From Haliotis rubra (taxonomy: Eukaryota), in NCBI RefSeq assembly GCF_003918875.1, contig NW_025766248.1, positions 310,001-374,000 of the forward strand: a stretch of DNA of 64,000 bases, read 5' to 3'. The translations under genes and the position numbers were made by a program. The notes beneath the pieces were generated by a model that saw only the letters and a program-made list of their open reading frames with translations, did no database searches and was not told the DNA's origin. This document shows positions 52,891-64,000 of the stretch, piece by piece (the first letter of the stretch is position 1; every line of letters starts with the position of its first letter).

Positions 52891-54514
52891 AACATGGTCA
52901 GCTTGGAATTGCTAAGCTCCATGGATATACAAACACATCCCAGCAGAGCCACATCCACAGTCTGAACAATCTCCTACTTCATAAAGAAACAACATGTCAG
53001 TGAAGGAAGGTGGCAAAGAACACCACCTTGACGTGTGTATCAGACTGTGGTACTATTTCAACACTGATTACAGGTTAATGTGCAACCAAGAAGCTGTTGC
53101 CTGGACAACATATCATTCAACCATTCACCTTCACTGTAAAACAATAGCAGTATGACGTCCAGAGCCTCCTCATCATCTTAACCCCATGTCTACCATCTAC
53201 ATAAAGGGCAGTCTAGAAACAGAGACTCATAAACTTTGTCTGACTTGCTTTATTACTCTCCACATCAAAGCAAGATTTCTCTTTTTATCCTTGGAAGAAT
53301 TAAGTGAAGACAACATGAGGGCAACTGACCTTTGTCAAGGTGAATAGGACCCCTCCGCCAAAATACAAACAATAGCGGAGGTTCAAGATGGGGGTGTCAA
53401 TCTTTCTGATACTTCCTATCTTAAATGGATAATCTTGAAAGTTGATTTGAAACTGGCTTTGAAGCCAGCGTTATCACCAAATTTTGTAATTGCTTCATGA
53501 CTATGAAACCTGGATTCTTTGAAACATCGTCAATAAAGTGTAATGAATTTTTATTTTAAGAGGTTTTCCACTAAATACCCCCTGATCTTTATCCTCATCT
53601 TGGCCAAGACAAACACCAAGTCTTTTGAGGTGTGGTCAAAAGTTCAGATAAATATTCACCGTGAGACTTGATTAGATTGATTAATGCAGAAATAATGGTC
53701 AACGATATCAGACTATTAAAATAGGGGTGTGTGGACAATTTACAGTAATTGGAACAAACTGATCGGAGATTGTCCTTGACAAATTGTCCACGAGGGGCAA
53801 AAGTTCAATCCTGTTGAAAGGGTGGAAGTTCTATAATGAGGTGTTTTTCCATATCAGGGTGCGTTTAAAATCTTGATCCACTGAGAAATTGTCACTAGTG
53901 ACAGGGTCATATTGCAACCTGTGTGAAGGCTGCTGAAGATAAAGTGTAAAGTCAGGTTGACAAATATGTCGAGAGAAATTTGACACTGAAACATGGAGAT
54001 CATGTACGCATCAGGCGACAATGAAATACGGCTTACTTCACAATCATGACAACTTCATTAAAACGGCCTTTTTTATTGAGTTATTAATTCACACTTGTGA
54101 TGAGTTAAAAATAAAAATAAAACACCCAAGACACTTTTTGGAGTTTTATTCAGAGAAAATGGCAAACATGAGACAACCAGCAGGTTATTTGTAGAAAAAG
54201 GCACCAAGGCACAATTATATATTCACTAATGACAGAACTTGGCTCCAATCTTCCCAAACTGAAAGCGAAAATAACCATGACGACTTCAAACTGATATTTG
54301 TACTGAATTTGCCCCTGGTTTACCCCATACATTAGTCTGTCTCATAGTCCCTGAACCACATTATTTTCCATTCTGTCTTGCTCTCCCTGCAATGCTAAAG
54401 CCCTAAATGAAGCAAGTCTAGATTTCCTCAGGTTCTGAATCGCCCATATCACTGGGGCTCCTTTTCAATCTAAAAGGAAATATTTGTTTCTATCAAATTA
54501 ACGTTAGTCTACCC

Positions 54515-54595
54515 ATACATGTGCAATAGATGTGCAATACATGTGCAGTACATGTGCAATACATGTGCAATTAATGTGCAATACATGTGCAGTAC
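54515..54595. repeat. 11-bp minisatellite
   Basis: (catgtgcaata)n, ~7 copies. Confidence 0.9.
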
Positions 54596-55754
54596 AACAG
54601 GTAACAGTGATGTGGGCATGGAATTGTTCATTCCAGACACAAATGAACTGCACTCTCGGAAGTTGAAAATTTAATATTTTCTAATAACTTTATGTGTTGT
54701 TATCTGTGTGACCCCATACTAGTGACCCTGAGAATAACTTATTTGTAAGAGGATCCGCATGGGTTTAACCAATATACAACCTAATCAACAGAAACCGCAA
54801 CACAGCTTCAGTTAACAAATATATCACCTGGCTGGTCAGAAAACAGCAGATAAATTACACACAAAGAATACAACATAAATTGCAAACTTTTTTACCCTCA
54901 CAATTTGTCTGCCTGTAAATTTATTTTTTTTCCTAATCTGGCTACGCAGAATTGAGTTTTGTTTACAAAATTAATGCCACAGCCAAATGCAGTGCAGTGA
55001 GAACAATGCCACATTGACAATAGCTATCAGTTACGCTGACATCTCATGCTATGTCTGTCTAGACCAACAAAATGGAACAATTGGCCGTTCTGGAAACGAC
55101 TTACACCAACATCGCTGGCATTTGGGGGTCATTCTGCAGAGAGAGCTTGCCACCCTGCGACCATCACTTGTAAAAAAAAAATGGGAGAATAATTATTCAT
55201 TATTTCACCTAATGCCCCCCTCCTCTTTCATCTTCCCGCTGCTAAATGTCTAATACTTTAGGAGTAAGATGTTTTTTTCACGGCTATCAACAAAACAGAA
55301 AGTGTTACGCAAACACCTTTATTTCTAGATGAAGTCCCTGTTGTCGTTAGTTATCTAGCTTTGTTTACCCTTTACATTTTTCAGTGACTGGTGAATCATT
55401 AATGGGCTGCTTGTTGCTGTTGGTGAGATGTAGTGCCCAGAATACTGTGTAAAGAACTGCCTAATACGGCAAACCTCGGACAGGCAATCGTACCACTCGC
55501 AGTCATCTCTGTGACTGAAAAACAGATGCCCAAAAGTATCTGGATGTAAATTGTCAGAACAAGTTTGTTTGTTTTTCAAAATGGAAAAGATGTGTCTTCT
55601 CCACAAGAATGAGTAATTCAGATGATAAAAATGAAAACAGAAGGGAAATGCAGTTTTGTTCACTGATCTGACATCTGTCAAATGTCCAGATTAGAACATG
55701 TCTCTGGGAACCTTAGCTAGTTGTAAGTGTATTGGGTGGTCATTTTCAATGATA

Positions 55755-56040
55755 TTAATAATAATAATAATGTATTTATAAAGCGCCTAATATCCACCAT
55801 AGAGATGCTCAGTGGCGCTGTGACAATATTGGGGAAGGAAATAGTTCATATAACTTTACAGATGGGCAGCAGTGAATAAATGGGTCTTTAGCAGAGATTT
55901 AAAAGTTTCTTTCGATGAAGTGTTCCTGATTTCCTTTGGAAGACAGTTCCACAGTTTAAGGCTGGCACAGGAGAAGGCTTGGTCAGACAGTTGGTTTGGA
56001 GAACTGTGTTGGGTTAGGAGAGAGCCAGAGGAGGATCAGA
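55755..56040 (-). mobile_element. L2/CR1-group LINE 3' fragment
   Basis: Minus frame LSDQAFSCASLKLWNCLPKEIRNTSSKETFKSLLKTHLF matches the L2 ORF2 C-terminal motif (RAFS..AP.LWN.LP..IR....FK..LKTHLF); 3'UTR ends gcgctttataaatac(att)n. Confidence 0.85.
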
Positions 56041-56144
56041 AACTGGATATTGTTGATTGGATGTCACATGTTGATCGATGCTGATGACATCAATCTCTGG
56101 ATTGCATGTAGGTCTGTAGATGATCTTTTTTGGATCTTCCAATA

Positions 56145-56350
56145 CATGAAGATCCAGAGAAGAATTGGTTTTCAGCAATCTGTGCTTGACATAAGAGGAG
56201 ACCACAGGCGGTCAGACTAGCTGACTTAGCTGATGCATGTCGCATAGATCAGTTCTCATGTCAATCACCAGATTGTCTGGTATAGACTCAGTTACTTACA
56301 AACCGTTGTCACACAGCTGGGACACGGCTCAGTGTGTCAGTAAACAACAT
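56145..56350 (+). mobile_element. Family B, degenerate
   Basis: catgaagatcc..agaattgg..ataagaggagac, tail taaacaac. Confidence 0.7.
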
Positions 56351-57159
56351 CAATGGGTGAGAAGTTAGTGGCAGAGCGCAAGGATTCCAAATTGGGCTCA
56401 TGACAAGTTGCACATGTTCGCGGGTATCTACCCCTCTGATAGAAAGAAAAATATGTGGAGGAATCTAAAACAAAAGAACTCATCACAATGTCAGGTTTAC
56501 TCTTCAGGTAAGATAGAAAGTAAATGCATTTTATTGAGTTTCATGCATTAACAGAATCCAAGGAACGATGAAGAAATTTTCATCACCCATCAAACCCAGC
56601 AGAACTGGTAGGGCAGAAAAGCAGTGGTAGGCACGGGCATAGATGAGAAATTAACAGCAAGGAAGTGGTTAGTGAATGAGACTTGACACAGGTGCTGGGC
56701 ATCTCAGTTGTGTTACAGGAACGCCACCATCTATCTCAATTTGCCCTGGTCTCCCAGCCTGCTGTGTGGAGACACAGCGTGACCCTCTCAAGGCCATCTC
56801 AATATTCAGAGAACCACTTGTTTCTTTCACGGAACTGTTTTTGTTCCGCAAGCCATAATGCTGCAGACAATCACGCTCCGAAACCCTTGGAGCAAACATG
56901 GGTTGAATATGTAAGCTGATGATGTCATGGCATTGTTCTATCAACTCACAAAAAAGACCCAACATTATCTGAGTTCCGTCCCTGGCATGATATAAATGCT
57001 GGTTCAGCACCTTGTGTGACCCGCGTCAGTTGTGACCATTTCCGTAGACAAGCAGCGTAGTGAGGAGGATGGTCTGGGTTAATATTCCATTGTTCTGAAT
57101 ATATAAACATGTCAGAGGTAACAAGTAACAGGCACTGGTATGGTATTTGATGCTCACTT

Positions 57160-57306
57160 GAGTGAGTGAGTGAGTGAGTGAGTGAGGGACTTGACACCAC
57201 TTCTAGCAATATTCCTGCAATATCACGGTGAAGGACACACATTCGTTTGAGTGGAACTGAACCCAGATCTTCGGGCTGATGAACAAACGCTTCAACCACA
57301 AGGCTA
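57160..57306 (-). mobile_element. SINE family A, internally deleted
   Basis: (GAGT)n, tagcaatattcc, gaacccagatcttcgg, aaccacaaggcta. Confidence 0.8.
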
Positions 57307-58726
57307 TCAGACTGGCCTTCTCAGAACATGAACATCCTTCAACATCACAAAAGTATTGACATATTTGGCAAACCACTCATGAAGCACAAACAGAGATATA
57401 TATTTTCTGTGAAGAAAAAATACACCATGGTAATTTTGTGGTCATTTATAACCACCTTGAGCATGAACTTCCCATCAGTTTCAACAGAACAAGACCCCAG
57501 CCTGCCAAATGTCACGGGTCTGTCAATACTGGGAACATGACCCTTGATACATGCAGTATTTATTTTGGCAAAACACTTGAGCTTGACTGTTTGTTTAATC
57601 TGGACATATGACCGGGATTATAAACCCTACTGTGTCAGCCATGCCATGCCAGAACCTTGTTTCCCTTCTGCCCACCTGTCTAGCACATTCTTGCCTCCAT
57701 CATAACAGCCTCATTCTACTTCTTGCAACACGCACAGATCTGAGAAAAATGACAATAATTAACACTGAACACTCAATATCATATGTCATTTGGGAACTAT
57801 TGTCTGGTGCTTGTTTACAATTAGTCTTCCTGAGAATAGTATATCAATTGCTGACAGTTTTTCCTGAGTACATAAATACGCTATCAGTCCCTTGAGATTA
57901 AAAAAGAAATCTATAGCATTCCTAGATAATTTAAACACTGACAGTTAGACACATCTGGAAGATATCATGAATGGCTATGATAAACGTCTTTGTCTACCCT
58001 AAAACAAGTAAATATCATTACAATGAGGTTAAGATCACAAACTATCTTGTTATTGTTGCAAAGATTAGAAGACTTGACATTAATCACTACTGAAACTTAC
58101 AAATTCTTTCTCTTCCTACTTAAATTTCATTTTTCCAGGACATCATACTAAACTTCGAGCAATGTAAGAAAAATTAATTAAAAGAAATAATATTAATATT
58201 TTACTTTATTCTGGGGAATATCACAACAAGTGCATTTTTTTCTATGGGTGAATGTTCAGATTTCTGACTGAGAAGTGAATATTTTGATAGCAATGAAAAA
58301 CAAACAAAATATGGTAACTGAACACTGAAACTGAACTTTCTGGAAACCCATTTCGCTCAACAATGCATCCACTGGCTACAGATGCAGATGTTACAAGCAA
58401 TGTCATCTTCCTCATCCGATCTGCAATAACAGGATACTTCGATGTCGTATAAAGTTTTTGAATGGCATTTAGAAGTGACACACATAAGGTGTGAATTTAT
58501 GGATGTCATCTTCTGTAAATGTCATCGCCATGGAGATGATGCAGTAAGATCCATCAACAAGTACAGTAAATTCATAATAAAGAAGTTGACATAGAATAAA
58601 TTCTCACATATTAGGGTACTTCAATACTTAATAAGAACAAACCAGACTATCTTTATGGTGCTACTCCACAAGACTCCATGTATACACCCTTAATCAATTC
58701 TTTAATCCCAAACTTCTTCTTCTGTC

Positions 58727-59095
58727 ACCCGTGAGTAGCCATGTTAGAATTGATCTTCAGCAACCCATGCTTGTTGTAAGAGGCGACTAACAGGATCGCA
58801 TGGTCAGACTCACTGACTTGGTTGCAAATTTTATGTCATTGTATCCCAACTGTATAAGTCGATGTTGATCACTGGATTGTCTGGTCCAGACTTGATTATT
58901 TACAGACCACATAACTGGAATACTGCTGAGTGCAGAGTTTAACAACATGTCATCGTATCCCAATTGTGTAGATTGATGCCCATGCTGTTGATTACTGGAT
59001 TGTCTGGTCCAGACTTAATTATTTACAGACCGCCACCATATAGCTGGAATATTGCTGAGTGCGGTGTTAAACTAAACTCCCTCCCTCACTCACTC
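58727..59095 (+). mobile_element. Family B full copy followed by a 5'-truncated tandem copy with an (ACTC)-type tail
   Basis: Body repeated from ~58945. Confidence 0.88.
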
Positions 59096-59386
59096 TTAAG
59101 TCAGCATCACTCACACAAGATTGAAAGGCCGTCTGCCATAAGTAGTAAAGCATATGATTGTTATTGACATTCAGTACTTTCTGAAGAGATAGCATCAGTG
59201 TAATGTTCCAGCAAGTTCGGGTTCAAGAGCTAAGGATCCTGGCAGATGTGTGATCATAATGTTTTGTAATGAAGCAGAAAGACCTTACAAAACTGACTCC
59301 TTCCAACACCACTTGAAGCCTCCCTGCTGAAAATGTCTGAGCACACAGGCATCTTGCTGACCACGCAGGACTTTTCTTCATTGATG

Positions 59387-59510
59387 GAGTTCAGTTTTAC
59401 GCCACTTTTAGCAATATTCCAGCAATATCACGCAGGGGACACCTTGTGTCCATGTGAGGAATCAAACCCAGGTCTTCGGCGTGATGAGAGAGGACATTAA
59501 CTGCTATCCC
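59387..59510 (-). mobile_element. SINE family A, degenerate
   Basis: agttttacgccacttttagcaatattccagcaatatcacg...aatcaaacccaggtcttcggcgtga. Confidence 0.82.
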
Positions 59511-59630
59511 GATGATGAGATGAAATGTGGTTTAGTCTCTTATTGCACTTACAACCACGTGCATATGTGTGTGCATGCTTTCTTTTCGAGCAGATGATCT
59601 ATCCACTATCAGCGAATACTTTAATGACTA

Positions 59631-59908
59631 CCGTATATTACCGTCTATAAGCCGACCCCATAGATAAGCCGACCCCCCTCTTAGAACTGAAAAGGTAAAT
59701 AATCTTGTCTAGTGATGTTTAACTGCAAATTTGACATCTCTACTGACAAAGCTGTCTTCTGTTGTTTATTCACTTGAAGTGATACGATGTCGTTTTCTTA
59801 CCCCTGGAAAAAAGTTTGACGAAAGTGTAACCCATGGATAAGACGACCCCCTTCTACAGACTGCTTTTTTTGGTCCTCAAAATTTGGCTTATAAACGGTT
59901 ATACACGG
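59631..59908. mobile_element. 278-bp pogo/Tc2-like MITE
   Basis: TA TSD; ~25-bp TIR ccgt(a/g)tat(t/a)accgt(c/t)tataagcc. Confidence 0.88.
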
Positions 59909-60085
59909 TAGGCCATCCCAGTACCCTCATCCTGCATAAAAAGGACATCAGAACAAAACATCTTTACGTAAACATTTCCATTCATCAAAGGCTTTGCTTA
60001 TGTTTGTCAGTTAATACCTATGATTATACTAGTTCAAGAAAGCTGCCAAGCTGTGATGTTTTTGTCATTTTGTACCAAATGCGGT

Positions 60086-60334
60086 CCCGAGAAGCTCAGG
60101 GTTAGAATTGGTCGTCAGCAACCCATGCTTGTTGTAAGAGGCAACTAACGGGACCGGGTGGTCAGGCTCGCTGACTTGGTTCACACATGTCATCGTTTCC
60201 CAATTGTGTAGATCGATGCTCATGCTGATGATCACTGGATTGTCTGGTCCAGATTCGATTATTTACAGACCACCGCCATATAGCTGGAATATTGCTGAGG
60301 CATCATTAAACAACAAACCAACTCACCAATCAAC
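60086..60334 (+). mobile_element. SINE-like family B
   Basis: Full match. Confidence 0.9.
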
Positions 60335-61903
60335 ATACAACAACAACCGACATTTTACAAATTTCACAACAAACTTTGTAATGGACAACCAATCCAGGCA
60401 CAAGCCAGCATGACAACATTTTGTAGCTCTCAACAACCCAACACAAACCCCCAGCAAAACAGAAGAAAATCCAACCAATTTCTAAATAAAACGTGACTTC
60501 CTTCTAATAGCATTTGCCTTAAGGAGATAATTAACTGTTTATATGAGCATTCAAGATCCACTCCATAAAATAAGACTCTTTGGCCTATGATTATTTCATG
60601 TACAAGTTGTAAGACCCACCTCTCAAAATGAGGGTCACAAAATTGCCTAGGGGTATGCAATCATCTAAAGATCTGATTATCTCCCCTACTTCCACTTCTC
60701 CTAATAGTGATAGCCAGTTCTGCATGACAAAAAAACCCAACCATTATCAATCTCCTTGAATGGAAGGCCAGATTCTATAACTACCAGCCTAATTGGGGCC
60801 TGCCAGAAGGGAATATAACTAATTGCTAAACTCGTTCGGCCCAAGTATCTCCGAGAGGCTGCGTATGAAGAACATAGGAGCTGTCTGCTTACATGCTAGA
60901 CCAGTCAAGATGGATGTATCTGACACGCGAGACTAATATTAACCCAGATTAAAACTCTCCACTTGGAGTGGCCACCTGACCAGCAATACGTAGCCATTTA
61001 CAAAATTTACAATTCTTACAGGCAGTGTTCATTGGATGCACTTTCATTTAATTTAAGCTGATTGATTGACTGATTTCCTGATCCTGAATAATCCAAAAAT
61101 TAGCACTAATTTCCGAATAAGGTAAAATTCACATTAACAGCTTCAGTTTGTGTGCACTGACACTGTCAGTCATCAAATAAAAAATAAAATGAGTGCCGAT
61201 TACACAGCTTTTGTTTGATTTGACGTCAACAACATCTTGTACATGGTCTGTTGGGTCAGAATAACACAAATGTGAAGCTTTGTTATGGATCTAAACACTA
61301 ATTTGAATTTTCCACCTACTTATTACCAAAATAAATATACAAGATGGATGGGATTTCTGTTTTTGAGAGGTATCAGTTTCAGCAATGACTATGACAGAGA
61401 GTTGATTCCATGTCTAGCAGAAATCTGAAACATCCTTACAGCGGTAATATTCCAGTGCACTCTGCCATGATTATTGAACTTTCGTTTCCAAGTTTAATCA
61501 TGTTCATCCTTTAAACATGAATAAAAATGACATTTTTTTTGTAAATGCCATATAGCATTGAATGTATTTTAAATTTGTAACTTTTTTTACTTTAAATTCG
61601 AAAAAAAAGTTTTTTACGTGCTATCTCACATGTTTCATGGTATTTCAAAGTTGAATATGTTTTTATTAGCAACTTTTTAAAAATTCACCTTTTCAGAAAA
61701 CAACAAACTTCATTTTATCTCACTCTGGACCTCTTGCCTTCACATCTGAATGTGAAAAATAGAAAATGAAATAATACCAAATACATTTTCAAGCTTGTGC
61801 AAAGCCATATTCCACCCCATTGTGATCCAAATACAGTTCATCTTCCTGGGATTCACAAAAAACACACAGAAAATGCCAGTTACCTTTGCGTATCTTTTAA
61901 CAG

Positions 61904-62133
61904 ACCCGTGAAGATCCAGGTTAAAATTTGTCTTTAGCAACCATGCTTGTCATAAGAGGCGACTAACGGGATCGGGTGGTTAGGCTCCTTGACTTGGTTG
62001 ACACATGTGATCGTATCCCAACTGTGTAGGTCGATGCTCTTGCTGTTGACCACTGGATTGTCTGGTCCAGACTTGATTATTTACAGACCAGATAACTGGA
62101 ATACTGCTGAGTGTTAAACAACAAGCAAAACCA
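61904..62133 (+). mobile_element. SINE-like family B
   Basis: Starts ACCCGTGAAGATCC; full match. Confidence 0.9.
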
Positions 62134-63111
62134 AATATCTTAAGACAATTGTTAAGAAAACTAGATTCATGAACAAATTCAATTTAAAACATGTTTCTAG
62201 ATTTTAAACAGGCATGCGTCCCTTGTTGTGCACATTTTAATTCAAATCAGGCTTCAAGTGTTCTACTGAACATATTGGTCAAGTGATGACAATCAATTAA
62301 GACTCAGACTTGCCAAGCTAGATCACTAGATAGATGAAGATCTGGGCTATGTGAAACATTCCCTAAAACCTTCTCATATACTGAGTAGTTGGCATAGGAC
62401 AACCGCTGCCATCTGACTTAAATATAAACCAATTTTGAGCTGCATATTGAGAATGTCGACATGAGTTTAATCTGTCGTCCCTTGTAGCAACCGTTCCGAG
62501 ATGTGATTAAATTCACAGACACTATCCTCAGAGAAGACTCGAGGCGGCACAACCGTTTCTAACAAATCCCCCAAATTAAAGCATCCCTTAAAGACAAATT
62601 CATTGGTGGTGTGACCCTCAGCTGACTTTTCCTCTCAGGGTGAGGGTATCGAGTGGAGATCTCTGGAGCAGGTCTGACTTGGTCTGATGGATTCCAAGCA
62701 GCAATGATCAAGGCTTAGTCTCAGGAGGCTGCACCTAGGTAACATCTTGGACAAGCTATTTGTGGTGAGTGTGGTGCCTGTGATTTACACTTCAAACACA
62801 ATAGTAGTGGTTTTGAAACAAGGATAAGAGAGTCTGAATTGAAGAACTGGTGGGACTATTTTTATAAAGTCAGGGTGAGTCAGGGTGAAATTAGGTCAAA
62901 GTTTATTTCGCTAATATAGCAGTCTTAAAATTCAGTCACAAGTCTGAAGCCTGAGTCTTGTAAAAGTCTTTTCAGACTAATAAGCTCAGGTAATCACTGT
63001 CTGTAAAATATACTGAAATAGTGTCAAAAGCCATGTCTGGCCTGATAGACTCAAACATTTCAGGCATACTGATGACTGACAAAGTCATGTGCATGTTATT
63101 GCCCATTTGTC

Positions 63112-63280
63112 TGTGCATCTGTCTGTCTGTCTGTCTGTCTCTGTGTGTGTGTTGCATGAGCATGCATTTGTGTATTATGTGTGTATGTAAACATGCATGC
63201 TTGTGTTTCTGTGTTTCTGTGTGTGTGTGTTTCTGTGTGTGTGTGTGTGTGCGCGCGCGCGCGCGTGTTTGTGTGTGTGC
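63112..63280. repeat. Compound microsatellite (CTGT)n/(GT)n/(GC)n
   Basis: Direct reading. Confidence 0.93.
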
Positions 63281-63339
63281 TAGTCCAGACTAATGGGCAT
63301 TTTATAGTTGTGAGTAGCCCACTGAAATACTCTTCCACA

Positions 63340-63470
63340 ATTTTAACATGGAAACTCTGCTCAGACACAGAGTCTTGATTGCCAACATTAATTGATATGA
63401 CTTGCAGCTGGGGATCGAACCCCAGGCCTTCTGGTCTCTCCAGGCAAATGCTCTATCCACTAAACCACCA
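63340..63470 (-). mobile_element. SINE family C head fragment
   Basis: Sense ggtggtttagtggatagagc...ggggttcgatcccc (A- and B-boxes). Confidence 0.65.
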
Positions 63471-64000
63471 AACAATTTCTTGGCAAGTGAGGAATGAAGC
63501 TCCCAACCGGTCTCAAATAAATTCATGCAGGGTTTCGAGGGGGTTTCGAGACAGTGATTGTCATCTGATACATTTTATTTAAATCAAGACTTTACCAAGT
63601 AGAACAGAATAAGTAATATCGGCAAAATATTTCTGAATTCATGATACCAATCATCTAGTTAAGTATACTTTATATCCACCATTCAACACGTTTCCTATCT
63701 GACATCACCCTTCATATGAAAAATGAATAAAAAACCCATGACATTTTCTCCTATAGATTTGTTTCTTTCTTTGAGTTCTGTGCCCCGTTGTTCCATTGAG
63801 CCAGTCAGGCAGCGAAAACCCCAAGGAATTTCTGCGTAAGCTGGAATAATGCATTTCGTACAAAGCCACCTTAAAAATGACCTACGGTATGTCCGACTGG
63901 CTTCAGGCCTTCTGTACACTCCGCCCCAAGATGAACCATGCACCAGTTAAGGATGCCAATAGATTTAATTAAACCCCAAACATACATCCTCCATGAACCA

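Noticed and set aside
1277-63470. tRNA genes
   Set aside because: All tRNA-like segments are mutated SINE heads fused to body and tail, several with TSDs; no intact cloverleaf with a terminator was seen.

Overview
Eukaryotic, AT-rich, repeat-dense genomic DNA. The SINE families resemble those I recall from abalone (Haliotis), but the species is an inference. The only protein-coding signal I can support is one 100-bp internal exon on the minus strand (3434-3533, GIYLWEHILGGLIEKKMGGVWSYGVKKIHSIKFR). It resembles RXYLT1/TMEM5 (ribitol-5-phosphate xylosyltransferase 1) and is not in the reading frame given by the ORF track. I found no upstream exon, so most of the window is probably one intron of at least 60 kb. 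It holds about 19 copies of a tRNA-Asp-derived SINE (family A), about 12 copies of a SINE-like element with no tRNA head (family B), and two further tRNA-SINE types. It also holds an L2 LINE 3' end, several DNA-transposon MITEs, Helitron/HINE-like pieces and about 20 unrelated minisatellite arrays, which explain all the long ORFs. Most notable: (1) family B has a conserved, pseudoknot-capable 5' head with a compensatory change, a candidate novel ribozyme or structured RNA; (2) family A shows a 16:3 orientation bias that may reflect avoidance of (GTGAGT)n splice donors; (3) a 55-bp array has amplified the exon's putative branch point; (4) three unrelated CAG..CTG MITEs carry 6-bp TSDs. Coordinates and counts were read by eye.
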